The notes: generated by a model from the letters alone, not told the origin. A DNA stretch of 64,000 nt from Dehalococcoidales bacterium (GCA_030690265.1 JAUYHA010000109.1:368-64367), one strand, 5' to 3'; positions 33,952-43,346 are shown, counted from the stretch's first letter. Numbers and translations are program-made.

Positions 33952-34377
33952 ATGCATATAGCTGTTACCGGGGAAGTGGTGAGCGGGCAGGTGAATACAG
34001 AAAAGAAGAGCCAGTGCATACTGGTGGTCGATGACCATCCGAAGGTGCTGAGATTCATTGAAATAGATTTGAAACTTCACGGCTTCGAGGTTATTACTGC
34101 TACTTCAGGTGAGGAAGCCTTAAGGCTTGTTGAGTTAGCCAAGCCGGATATTATGCTCCTTGACATAATAATGCCAGGGATGAGTGGTTTTGAGGTACTC
34201 AGGAGGCTGCGGAGTTTCACACACTTGCCAGTTATCGCCTTTAGCGCCAGTCCCGGTGAACGTGATGGTGTCCTGCGACTTGGTGCCAACGATTTTGTTG
34301 CCAAACCATTTTCCTCCGAAGAGCTTGCCATGAGAATCAAGGTGCTTCTAAATCCGAGTCTCAGCATACTTCAGTGA
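33952..34377 (+). CDS. Single-domain CheY-like response regulator (receiver only)
   Basis: ILVVDDHP...IMLLDIIMPGMSGFEV...VAKPF. Confidence 0.85.
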   Translation: MHIAVTGEVVSGQVNTEKKSQCILVVDDHPKVLRFIEIDLKLHGFEVITATSGEEALRLVELAKPDIMLLDIIMPGMSGFEVLRRLRSFTHLPVIAFSASPGERDGVLRLGANDFVAKPFSSEELAMRIKVLLNPSLSILQ

Positions 34378-35789
34378 ATTGGTAAGGCAAAGGAAAAGGT
34401 TGAGCCTTTTCCTACCTCTGATTCCACCTTAATCCATCCGCCCTGAGCCTCGACCAGACGTTTGCAGACTACCAGACCCAGACCAACTCCTCTGCCGGAT
34501 TGTTGCAGCATCAGTTGTTGAAATTGCTCGAAGAGCCTCTTCTGGTCATCGAGGGATATGCCTATTCCCTGGTCGATTACCTCTATTATGACGAAGCCAC
34601 CTTCTTCCCCGGCGGAGACTTTTATTTCGCTTTCCTGGGGGGAATATTTGGCAGCGTTTTCCAGCAGGTTATAGAGTATCCTTCCTACCCTGGTCGGGTC
34701 AGCTTTAACCTGTGGCAAATCGGCTGGTAAGTCAGCGAGGAAGCGCTGGCTGACGCCCTGGACTTTCAGTTTCTGAATCACATTGTATGTCACATCAGGG
34801 ATGCTCACCGTTTCCGTGTGGAGATTGAGGCGGTCGGCCTGGAATCTTGACAACTCCAGCATGTTCTCCAGGATGGCGACTAGTGATTCCGCACCTTCAG
34901 CCGCGTTTTGAAGAAGCTCGCTCATATCTTCGGTCGATATTCCGGCGGACATCGCCGAACGCAGCGAGCCGATGATTAACGCAAGAGGTGTGCGCAGTTC
35001 GTGGGAAACGAGCCCGATGAACTCATCCTTCATTTCATCTATCTTCTTGAGTTCAGTGATGTCCTGTACCTTGCCAAACCCGCCTTTAAGCATACCCCGC
35101 TTATCGAACTCCACCTCGGCCCTTTCACGAACCCACTTCACTGCATCCCCCACCATGATGCGATGTTCGATATCATAGTCTTCGCCCTGAAGAGCCGCCT
35201 GCCATGCCCTGTCAACATTTTCCCGGTCGTCAGGGTGCACACAGGAGAGAAATGTCTCATAAGTCATGGGTGTTTCTTTAGGGATACCGAACATACGGTA
35301 AGTCTCATCCGACCACAATAGTTCGTCACGCTGGACATCCAGTCGCCAGCTGCCGGTTTGAGCAACGGCTTGAGCACGGTTCAGGTCTTGCTGATTCTCC
35401 CGCAACGCTTCCTCTGCCTTCTTCCACGCGGTGATATCGCTGCCATATATATTTACGTAACCCGCAGTCGTTACAGGAACGAAGTTCAGTGTAAATATGC
35501 GTCCTTTGCCCGCTGCTTCGATTACCTGAGGGGAGCCCTTGTCCAGAACCTCAGCAACTATTTTCCGGTAGCGGGCAGGCAGAAACTGCCCTGGCTGGCA
35601 TTTTAAATCCAGTATGGCACAGGCAGCATTGGCAAACATTATAGCCCCACTTCTGTCCACTCTCAGCACCGGATTAGGATTCTCCAGCGGGAACCCGCTC
35701 AAATCTTCAAGCTGCTTATTGGCTACGGTAAGCCTTTCTGCTGCCAGCTTCTCTTCTTCAGCCATTACCACATCTTTACGAAGTATCAT
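34371..35789 (-). CDS. Cytoplasmic PAS-domain sensor histidine kinase (HisKA + HATPase_c)
   Basis: FIGLVSHELRTPL is the H-box, and the N, G1 and G2 boxes are present (NLLENAAKY, DQGIGI, GVGLGL). PAS region WSDETYRMFG. No TM segments. Confidence 0.9.
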   Translation of the reverse strand: MILRKDVVMAEEEKLAAERLTVANKQLEDLSGFPLENPNPVLRVDRSGAIMFANAACAILDLKCQPGQFLPARYRKIVAEVLDKGSPQVIEAAGKGRIFTLNFVPVTTAGYVNIYGSDITAWKKAEEALRENQQDLNRAQAVAQTGSWRLDVQRDELLWSDETYRMFGIPKETPMTYETFLSCVHPDDRENVDRAWQAALQGEDYDIEHRIMVGDAVKWVRERAEVEFDKRGMLKGGFGKVQDITELKKIDEMKDEFIGLVSHELRTPLALIIGSLRSAMSAGISTEDMSELLQNAAEGAESLVAILENMLELSRFQADRLNLHTETVSIPDVTYNVIQKLKVQGVSQRFLADLPADLPQVKADPTRVGRILYNLLENAAKYSPQESEIKVSAGEEGGFVIIEVIDQGIGISLDDQKRLFEQFQQLMLQQSGRGVGLGLVVCKRLVEAQGGWIKVESEVGKGSTFSFALPIH

Positions 35790-36000
35790 TATGTTAATTT
35801 GCTATTGTAGGTATATTCCCTTTTCTTTTAATAGTCAATTTTAAAACAGATAAGGCAGGTCTTCTGTTACCTTTTCGGATGATTTTGACAACGGCTTTTT
35901 GTGCGCATAGAATGTCCGTAGTAACAAGTGGGTTTAGTCGCAAAAGATTAGCGGGCTGATGAAAAAGGGAGTGCAGAGGGGCGAAGCCTCTTTGCCGGGA

Positions 36001-36053
36001 GTCTGAGGGTGTCCCTCAGATATGAATTTCACCCCTTCCTTACCAGGAAGGGG
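36001..36053. repeat. Pair of GC-rich palindromic hairpins (intergenic repeat family, copy 1)
   Basis: tctgaggg/ccctcaga (36002-36020) and ccccttcc/ggaagggg (36032-36053). Same architecture as 59425-59468. Confidence 0.5.
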
Positions 36054-36111
36054 GCAAGGGGGATGGTCGAAAGAGTTTTTCAGAGCCCTGTTAGAATGAG
36101 GAAACAGCACT

Positions 36112-37431
36112 GTGGAAATCGATCTTGACACCGAATATGCCAGCCGGGATGAAATTTATGCTCTCCAGAGTCGAGAACTCAGGGAGCTGGTGATGCGCTG
36201 CTGGGAGCACGTCCCTTTTTACCGGAGAATCTGGGAGAAGGCAGGTATCACCCCGGCCGATATAAAAGAAGCCTCGGACATCAAGAAACTTCCTTTCGTT
36301 ACCAAGCAGGATATAATTGATAACATAGCAGAATACCCACCGTTCGGTGATTTTCAAGGGGGCTATAACTCCGTGCGTATCCAGACCAGCACGGGGAGTA
36401 CGGGAATGCCCAAGCCCATTTTTCACACGATGTCTGACTGGGATAACATTGCCCTGTTATGGAAAAGAAGATTCAGGACCCAGGGGATTAAGGAAGGTGA
36501 TATCGCCCAGGTAGCTTTTGCCTACACCCTTTTTATTGTCGGGTTTTCAGCTACCGAGGGGCTGATGCGAGCTGGCGCCCTGGTTATTCCGGCAGGGAGC
36601 GGTGCCGTGACCTCTTCGGAGAGACAGCTGGAGATTGCCAGAAACTGGGGCACCACCGTTTTTTGCTGTACCGGCTCTTACATGCTCCATCTGGCTAATG
36701 TAGCCGAACAGGCCGGAATGGACCCGGGCAAAGATTTTAAAATCCGTATTTCTATCCACGCTGCAGAACCGCTAACTGAATCTATGCGCCGGGAGATACA
36801 GAGCAGATGGCACTGCAAGACCTATGACACCTACGGAAGTGTGGAGACCAGTGCTCCTATGTATGAATGTCAGTTTCAAAATGGCCATCATATAAATGAA
36901 GACGCTTATATCTACGAGATACTCAATCCTGAAACCGGCGAAGAAGCCATGCCCGGTGAGGATGGTGAGGTAGTGGCGACTACCCTTTTCAAAGAAGCCG
37001 CCCCTTTGGTGAGATATAAAATTGGGGATATTGCCGGCTTTTTGCCCGGAAACTGCCAGTGCGGCAGTAACTTTGTCAGGATGAGCAAGGTAAAGGGAAG
37101 AATTGACGAAATGATGAAGGTCAAGGGCGTGGGACTGTATCCTACTGACTTTGAAGCAGCATTAAAGAAGTTTCAAGTTTTTGGTAGTGAGTATTTGATA
37201 GTGATTAACCGGGAGAATAGCCAGGACACTGTAAAGTTAAGAGTCGAATACACCGGGGATAATGAAGCAACTGATTTTTATAAGCAGGACTTAATCAGGG
37301 AGCTAAGGAGCAAGCTGGGCCTGGGTTGCGAGGTAGAACTGCTGCCGAAAGGGGCACTGGACAAAGAGCTGAATGTCGAAGAGCGAATAAAATACAAGCG
37401 GGTTTTAGACTTGAGGAAGAAAGAGGACTAA
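36112..37431 (+). CDS. Phenylacetate-CoA ligase (PaaK)/coenzyme F390 synthetase-family adenylate-forming enzyme
   Basis: GTG start. Motifs: LQSRELRELV...VPFYRRIWEKAGI...KLPFVTKQDI, TSGSTGMPK (AMP motif), YGSVE. Confidence 0.8.
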   Translation: MEIDLDTEYASRDEIYALQSRELRELVMRCWEHVPFYRRIWEKAGITPADIKEASDIKKLPFVTKQDIIDNIAEYPPFGDFQGGYNSVRIQTSTGSTGMPKPIFHTMSDWDNIALLWKRRFRTQGIKEGDIAQVAFAYTLFIVGFSATEGLMRAGALVIPAGSGAVTSSERQLEIARNWGTTVFCCTGSYMLHLANVAEQAGMDPGKDFKIRISIHAAEPLTESMRREIQSRWHCKTYDTYGSVETSAPMYECQFQNGHHINEDAYIYEILNPETGEEAMPGEDGEVVATTLFKEAAPLVRYKIGDIAGFLPGNCQCGSNFVRMSKVKGRIDEMMKVKGVGLYPTDFEAALKKFQVFGSEYLIVINRENSQDTVKLRVEYTGDNEATDFYKQDLIRELRSKLGLGCEVELLPKGALDKELNVEERIKYKRVLDLRKKED

Positions 37432-37468
37432 AAAACTACTATAAGCATAAAATGGAGGGGGTAGCTTT

Positions 37469-38935
37469 ATGGCATTTCGAGACCTTCGGGAATTCCTGGG
37501 CGTACTGGAAGAGAAAGGTGAACTAATTAAATTAAAGAAAGAATTGGAAGACGGGTATGAAGTATCAGCCCTTGCCTGGGAGTTGGCGGAAAGAAGCGGA
37601 CCGGCTGTTCAGTTTCACCTGAAAGGATATGATATTCCCCTGGTGATGGGGCTTCATGGCACGCTGCGAAGAAACTGCATCGCTCTGGGCCTGGAGCCGA
37701 AAGAAAGCGATAAAGAGAATTACTACCAGATTCGGAATTTCATTGCCGGGCTGCTGGAGTCTAAAGATAAGTGGATAAAACCGGTCAAGGTTGATAAAGC
37801 CCCCTGCCAGGAAGTGTCCCTGACCGGGGCTGAAGTCGACCTGGGTAAGTTGCCGGTAGCAAAGTGGAGCCCTATGGACGGCGGCCCCTACATTACTCTC
37901 ACCAATATCATTACCCGGAACATGGCAAGCCAGCAGTGGCGAAGGAACACGGGGATGTATCGGGTGATGATAAATGATAAGACAACTACCAATGTAATGT
38001 GTTGCGCCACTCAGCACATCGGTATACATATTGCTATCGCCCGGCAGAAAGGGATGAAAACAATACCCCTGGCTATTGCCCTGGGGGTTGACCCGGTGAT
38101 AAATATCGTCTCTACGACCAAGACAAGCTTCGGGGATGACGAGTTTGATTTTGCCGGCGCCATCAGGGGTGAACCGGTAGAAATGGTGACTTGCAAGACG
38201 GTAGACCTTGATGTTCCGGCGAATGCGGAGATTATTATCGAGGGCAATCTTGATATAGACCCGGAGGGTGCCACTATCGAGGGGCCCTTCGCAGAGTGGA
38301 TGGGGTATTATGAGGAACCAATGATGTTACCCCGGTTTCATGTTACGGCTATTACTCACCGGAGAGACCCGTTATACGCTACCTGTATTGTGGGGCATCC
38401 TAAAAATGATGGAGAGGTAATCCGGTTTCCGGTAATTCAGGCTAACAATTATAACATTCTCAGGCGCGTAGTGGCTGGCTTCAGAGATTTCGTGGCACCC
38501 TGGAACACGCGGGGTTACAAGGTAGTGGTTCAGGTAAACAAGCGCTATCCGGGGTGGGGCATGCAGGCAGCCCTGGCGGCCCTCACTACCAGCCAGGGAT
38601 TTGCCTCGGCTAACATAGCCGTTGCTGTCAGTGAGGATATTGACCCCTGGGACCAGGACCAGGTTGACTGGGCTATTGCTACCAGGGTTGACCCGGCATT
38701 AGATGTGGTTATCCTGCCTCCGTCAGGCGTATATCCCCTGAATCCTGCGGCATCACAAAGAGTGGACGTCGACAGTGAAACGGGGTATACCGAATATTCT
38801 TTTGTCGGCAAGATGGCGATAGATGCTACCAAGAAATTAGCCTCGGAAAATCGCAGACCTACAGGTACCACCGTAGAACCTGACTACCAGGCACTTGAAT
38901 TTGTCAGAAAAAACTGGCAAAGTTACGGGCTATGA
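37469..38935 (+). CDS. UbiD-family (prenyl-FMN-dependent) decarboxylase/carboxylase
   Basis: MAFRDLREFLGVLEEKGELIKLKKE N-terminus, with collinear UbiD-like length (488 aa). Confidence 0.85.
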   Translation: MAFRDLREFLGVLEEKGELIKLKKELEDGYEVSALAWELAERSGPAVQFHLKGYDIPLVMGLHGTLRRNCIALGLEPKESDKENYYQIRNFIAGLLESKDKWIKPVKVDKAPCQEVSLTGAEVDLGKLPVAKWSPMDGGPYITLTNIITRNMASQQWRRNTGMYRVMINDKTTTNVMCCATQHIGIHIAIARQKGMKTIPLAIALGVDPVINIVSTTKTSFGDDEFDFAGAIRGEPVEMVTCKTVDLDVPANAEIIIEGNLDIDPEGATIEGPFAEWMGYYEEPMMLPRFHVTAITHRRDPLYATCIVGHPKNDGEVIRFPVIQANNYNILRRVVAGFRDFVAPWNTRGYKVVVQVNKRYPGWGMQAALAALTTSQGFASANIAVAVSEDIDPWDQDQVDWAIATRVDPALDVVILPPSGVYPLNPAASQRVDVDSETGYTEYSFVGKMAIDATKKLASENRRPTGTTVEPDYQALEFVRKNWQSYGL

Positions 38936-39454
38936 TAGAGAACCAGACATGAAAATGCCTTGAATCTATTCAGGCCGGTTATTGTTTAGAAACATTTGTA
39001 GTAATGACTCCGAGCCCCAGTAAATCGGCATCCGGGTCAAATCCGAACGGCCACCCGTCCGTAGTTTCGTTAGCTGAGTTGGCTGCGGCTGGGCGGGGTC
39101 ATAGTCAGGGGCAAAGTTTTCAGCCAGTCAGTCTATTTCTCAAGCCTTCAAAGGGCAGCCTCTCACCAGGTCGCCTTATTTTAATCCGTAATATTCTATA
39201 GTTACTCGGTTAGCTATTTATGGTAAGGTTAAGTTATCTTCTGATATGTTAATGAATAGCCTAACCAGTTTGTTACATTTCCTTGATTAGCTCTATTTTC
39301 TACTTCCTGCAATTTGCTGGAGAGCCACCCACGTTTCAGATACTCTATGCAAATTTAACTGCTATTGTAAATCCCCGAAAGGTCATAGAACTACGGTGGA
39401 TGGTATCAAATTGAGACTCAAAGGAGTCAGCGGTCTTTAGATAAATGACTTAGG

Positions 39455-40897
39455 TTAGGTGGGAACTACAAGGCTTATTCTGGTGCCCGAGTTATCTCGT
39501 GACTGGATATCCAGGCTTCCACCAATCAGTTCAGCTCGTTCCCTCATCCCTATAATGCCCATATGCCTGGTAGTAAAATTTTTGCTGTTTGGCCGGGGGA
39601 TAATGAAGCCTGAACCGTCATCAAGCACCTCCAAACTGAGTTCTCCCCTGGAAATCTGTAGAGTAACCGTTATTGTTTTTGATTTTGAGTGCTTTTCCGC
39701 GTTGCGTAATGCCTCTTGAGCAATGCGGAATATACCCAGTTCTAAATCTGATGATAGTCGCCGGTACTTTCCCTTAACTGTAAAACCGGTCTCAATTCCA
39801 GTTCGTTTTTTTACGTCCCGCAGAAGACCACGTATTGCCGAAATGATGCCAAGGTCGTCAAGGTAGGGGGGCCTGAGTAATGTAGTAAATACTCTCAATC
39901 CATCGACAATTTTCCCGCTGATGCTCCGTGCTTCATTTAACTCGGCAATATTGGGAGCATCACCGGAGTCCCTGGCTTCATCAAGGAGACGACATAATGT
40001 TACCATAGATTGAATAGTATCATCATGCAGTTCGCGGGCTATTCTCTGTCTCTCCTCCTCCTGTGTACGGATGAGTAAAGCTGCGTAGGCTTTCAGACTG
40101 GCCTGTCGATGGTAGTCTTCGGTAATATCCCTGAAAGCAACCTGAATAATCTGTTCGCCAGCACTGTTAGTTGACTGGTTAACGCTCGGCTTCAAATTTA
40201 CGCTCAGCCCAGTGGGTAACTCAACGGAAACTCTTTCTATGGGTTGAGAACCGTTCCTGGCAGTGTCAATAATTCTCAGGGAACTTTCCTCTCCTATCAG
40301 TTCAGCAAGGTTCACCGCTCTTTTCCCGTTTATCTTTGTTCCAAAGAGAACTTTTGCTTCCGGGTTTAAGTCTAAAACTTTGCCAGTAAGGTCGAGAGCC
40401 AGGATAGGGACGGGACTGGAAATAAAAAGGTCCCGGTATCTCTCCTCAGAGACTCTGAGACTCTCTGCCGCAACCTCCGCATTATGGCGAGCCGTCATTT
40501 CCCGGTCGATGTGAAAACCGATATACATAGCAAGGCCGTTTACCACCAGTAAGAAGAAAATTACTCCCAGCCTTGCATCGAGTGAATAATGCCAGAGAGC
40601 CCAGTCCGGGATTGTAACTATCATAACCCAGATTGCAGTTGCTGAGGCTCCTGTGAATCCATAGCTGATGGCGGCATATACTACCGGCAAGAAGAAGAGA
40701 AAGATGGTAAGGTAATACAACAAGCCCAGATGTGATAATACGCCTGAAACTTCTCCCAAGCCGTGTAATATAGCTAAGATGATAACCAGGCTGAATATTA
40801 TGCGGAAAGCCCGCTCATTGAATCTTAAATGGAATGCCAGAAACTGGTGCCAGAAATGAATTAACTGGTCTCTAGTCAATTGAATCACCGCTATCAA
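39455..40897 (-). CDS. Membrane-bound PAS sensor histidine kinase, NarL-partner type (HisKA_3 + HATPase_c)
   Basis: About 5 N-terminal TM helices and a PAS-like segment. RIARELHDDTIQSM is the HisKA_3 H-box. C-terminal ATPase domain. Confidence 0.85.
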   Translation of the reverse strand: MIAVIQLTRDQLIHFWHQFLAFHLRFNERAFRIIFSLVIILAILHGLGEVSGVLSHLGLLYYLTIFLFFLPVVYAAISYGFTGASATAIWVMIVTIPDWALWHYSLDARLGVIFFLLVVNGLAMYIGFHIDREMTARHNAEVAAESLRVSEERYRDLFISSPVPILALDLTGKVLDLNPEAKVLFGTKINGKRAVNLAELIGEESSLRIIDTARNGSQPIERVSVELPTGLSVNLKPSVNQSTNSAGEQIIQVAFRDITEDYHRQASLKAYAALLIRTQEEERQRIARELHDDTIQSMVTLCRLLDEARDSGDAPNIAELNEARSISGKIVDGLRVFTTLLRPPYLDDLGIISAIRGLLRDVKKRTGIETGFTVKGKYRRLSSDLELGIFRIAQEALRNAEKHSKSKTITVTLQISRGELSLEVLDDGSGFIIPRPNSKNFTTRHMGIIGMRERAELIGGSLDIQSRDNSGTRISLVVPT

Positions 40898-41525
40898 TCA
40901 TTTTCTGGGAAAGAGCGTGCATAGCCGCCTCAATTCGGGAATTCACTTTCAGTTTGGTTAGAATATTATTAAAGTGGCCCTCTACGGTCCTTATGCTTAT
41001 ATTGAGCTGCTCAGCAATTTCTTTATTTCGTAACCCCTTTGAAGCCAGTTCCAGAATCTTGCTCTGGCGAGCAGTAAGAGGGTGGGTGATTTTTTGCCGG
41101 GTATCCATCCAGATTCGTCCAACCTTCATAACAAGGTCCGGAGTAAGCACCGTATGACCACGGTGAACGCTCCTGACAGCATCAACTAATTCCTCTGGGA
41201 GGCAAGTTTTTAAAAGGTATCCCGATGCTCCGGCTTCCATCCAGGTCAGAACATAGATATCATTATCATAGGCTGTAAACACCAGAACCCTGGTATTCGG
41301 GGAAAAATGCTTGAGTTGCTTTATAACATCAAAGCCGTTTAGTTTTGGCATACGTATGTCCAGAATTATCACATCAGGTTTGAGGCTTTTAGCCAGCTCT
41401 AAAGCACTTTCACCGTCACTGGCATCACTAACTACGCTTAAGTCATGATGCTCTTCCAGGATACGTTTTGTCCCGGCACGAACTGTTGGATGGTCATCAG
41501 CGAGTAAAATTCGTATCTGTTCCAT
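40872..41525 (-). CDS. NarL/FixJ-family response regulator (REC + LuxR HTH)
   Basis: ILLADDHP...VIILDIRMPKLNG plus LTARQSKILELASKGLRNKEIAEQLNISIRTVEGH. Confidence 0.9.
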   Translation of the reverse strand: MEQIRILLADDHPTVRAGTKRILEEHHDLSVVSDASDGESALELAKSLKPDVIILDIRMPKLNGFDVIKQLKHFSPNTRVLVFTAYDNDIYVLTWMEAGASGYLLKTCLPEELVDAVRSVHRGHTVLTPDLVMKVGRIWMDTRQKITHPLTARQSKILELASKGLRNKEIAEQLNISIRTVEGHFNNILTKLKVNSRIEAAMHALSQKMIDSGDSID

Positions 41526-41586
41526 TTCTTTGTCTCGATTATATACTATCCTGTGTCATAGTTTATCTAAAAAGTAGTCAGGTATT

Positions 41587-41610
41587 TACACCTGAGTTTG
41601 TCTAGGTGTA
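41587..41610. promoter_or_regulatory. Inverted repeat TACACCT-N10-AGGTGTA; candidate NarL-type regulator site
   Basis: Perfect 7-bp arms at 41587-41593 and 41604-41610. Lies in the divergent region between the RR operon and the cytochrome c gene. Confidence 0.3.
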
Positions 41611-41682
41611 TACCCGCTTGATACGATGTTGTATCTTAACATATTCTTTGTCATAGGGAAAAATTTTGACGGAGGGCAATCC

Positions 41683-42456
41683 ATGATAAAAAAATTATTA
41701 TTCCTTTCCTTTATTATAGCAGGGGCGCTGATTACGGCACTGGCCTGTGGTGGACCGGAAACGCCGCCTCAGACAGAGACTCCCCCTGTCCAGACAGAGA
41801 TGGAACCTGCTCCGGCAACCTTAGCTCATGCCGGACGGTTGTATGATAAGTGGTGGGGTGAAATTGGGCAAGATGTTCCATCGGGTGACAACCCGGTATG
41901 GGCCCGGCAGACTACCAACACCCGCTCAGGTGCCGGTACCTGGCGCTGTAAAGAATGTCACGGATGGGACTATAAAGGTGTCAGTGGCGTCTACAGTTCC
42001 GGCTCACACAAGACCGGTTTCACTGGGCTTCTACAGGCGAGCGGCAAGTCACGGGAAGATTTAGCTAAGCAGCTTAAAGGCGAGATTGATTCACAACACG
42101 ATTTCAGTGCTATGACTGACCTGCACGTGGGGCACCTGGTAGATTTCCTGAAGTACGGGATGATTGATGATAGTAAATATATTGATTACTCTACCAAGAA
42201 AACGATAGGTGCTGATGTTGCGCATGGTGAAGAACTATATACCAGCACCTGTGTACCCTGCCACGGTGCTGATGGCAAAACCATTGATATCGAGGGAGCA
42301 GGAATAGGTGCCATAGCTAATGGGAATCCTTGGGAGACTTTGCACAAGATAAGATTTGGCCAGCCGGGAACTGCTATGCCGGCAGCGGTGGCTAGTGGAT
42401 GGAGTACTGAAGAGGCGGTTGACGTGTTGGGTTACGCGCAGACTCTTCCCGAGTAA
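41683..42456 (+). CDS. Secreted (lipoprotein-type signal) dihaem c-type cytochrome
   Basis: ATG after GGAGGG plus 6 nt. Signal MIKKLLFLSFIIAGALITALAC. Two CxxCH motifs (CKECH, CVPCH). Confidence 0.8.
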   Translation: MIKKLLFLSFIIAGALITALACGGPETPPQTETPPVQTEMEPAPATLAHAGRLYDKWWGEIGQDVPSGDNPVWARQTTNTRSGAGTWRCKECHGWDYKGVSGVYSSGSHKTGFTGLLQASGKSREDLAKQLKGEIDSQHDFSAMTDLHVGHLVDFLKYGMIDDSKYIDYSTKKTIGADVAHGEELYTSTCVPCHGADGKTIDIEGAGIGAIANGNPWETLHKIRFGQPGTAMPAAVASGWSTEEAVDVLGYAQTLPE

Positions 42457-42497
42457 AAAATAGTCAATTTCTTAAAACAGGTGTCTTTGGACTAGTT

Positions 42498-42534
42498 AGG
42501 TCCCCTTAGCTTGGCGAGGGGACCTTTCATTTCT
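42498..42534 (+). terminator. Intrinsic terminator after the cytochrome c gene
   Basis: aggtcccct/aggggacct 9-bp stem, followed by ttcatttct. Confidence 0.55.
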
Positions 42535-42721
42535 ACGGTGGACGCAGTCCCACTTTGTTCATATGCCATCTGTGAAATCTGCCGAACGCCAGTTATCTAT
42601 TTAAATCCAGCTAAAGAGATTTTTGGGGTGCCCTATAAAATGGGACAAAAGTCATATTCAAAGGGCTTTTCTTACCTGTATAGTATTTGTTAACTGTATA
42701 AATGGAAGGAGAAGACAGCAT

Positions 42722-43321
42722 ATGAATTACGTAGCAAAAGACCACAGCGCTCTTATCGGAATGGAAGGCTTAAGTCAGCAGTTACTGACGAACCATTTCA
42801 CTCTCTATCAGGGTTATGTCACCAATACCAATAAACTGATGGAGCTACTTACCACCATGCTTTTGGAAGAGAAAACTGCTACTCCCGAATATGCCGAACT
42901 TAAGCGGCGGCTCGGCTTTGAGTTCAACGGTATGCGGCTCCACGAGTACTACTTTGAAAACCTGGGCAAGAAGGGCACGCCTGATAGTGCCGCCAATCTG
43001 AAAGAGAAGCTGACCGAAGACTTCGGCAGCTACGAGAACTGGGAGAAAGACTTCAGGGCAACCGGTGCCATGCGCGGCATCGGCTGGGTTGTTCTCTATC
43101 AGGACATTGTCACTGGCCGGCTTTTTAACCAGTGGATTAATGAGCATGAGACCGGTCATCCCGCCGGTTGTCTCCCGATTCTGGTGATGGATGTATTCGA
43201 GCATGCTTATATGCTTGACTACGGTCTGAAGAGAGCCGATTATATCAATACTTTCTTCCAGAATATAAACTGGGAAGCTACCGAAGGTCGATTCAAGGCG
43301 GCAATTACTCTCTGTCCGTAG
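42722..43321 (+). CDS. Fe/Mn-family superoxide dismutase
   Basis: The NHFTLYQGYV...HEYYF...GWVVL...VMDVFEHAYMLDYG pattern preserves the D-x-x-E-H-A-Y metal-ligand motif. ATG at 42722 after GGAAGGAG. Confidence 0.8.
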   Translation: MNYVAKDHSALIGMEGLSQQLLTNHFTLYQGYVTNTNKLMELLTTMLLEEKTATPEYAELKRRLGFEFNGMRLHEYYFENLGKKGTPDSAANLKEKLTEDFGSYENWEKDFRATGAMRGIGWVVLYQDIVTGRLFNQWINEHETGHPAGCLPILVMDVFEHAYMLDYGLKRADYINTFFQNINWEATEGRFKAAITLCP

Positions 43322-43346
43322 TGTCGAACAGTTATCACCGAGTTGG

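Noticed and set aside
35934-36426. Track ORFs 35934-36131 and 36091-36426 (minus strand)
   Set aside because: They run through the GC-rich palindromic repeat and antisense to the PaaK-like gene start. No SD site and no family.
39004-39201. Track ORF 39004-39201 (plus strand), and possible gene remnants in the 520-bp gap after the UbiD-family gene
   Set aside because: Ser/Pro/Gly-rich with no SD site. My translations of the opposite strand gave nothing recognisable either.
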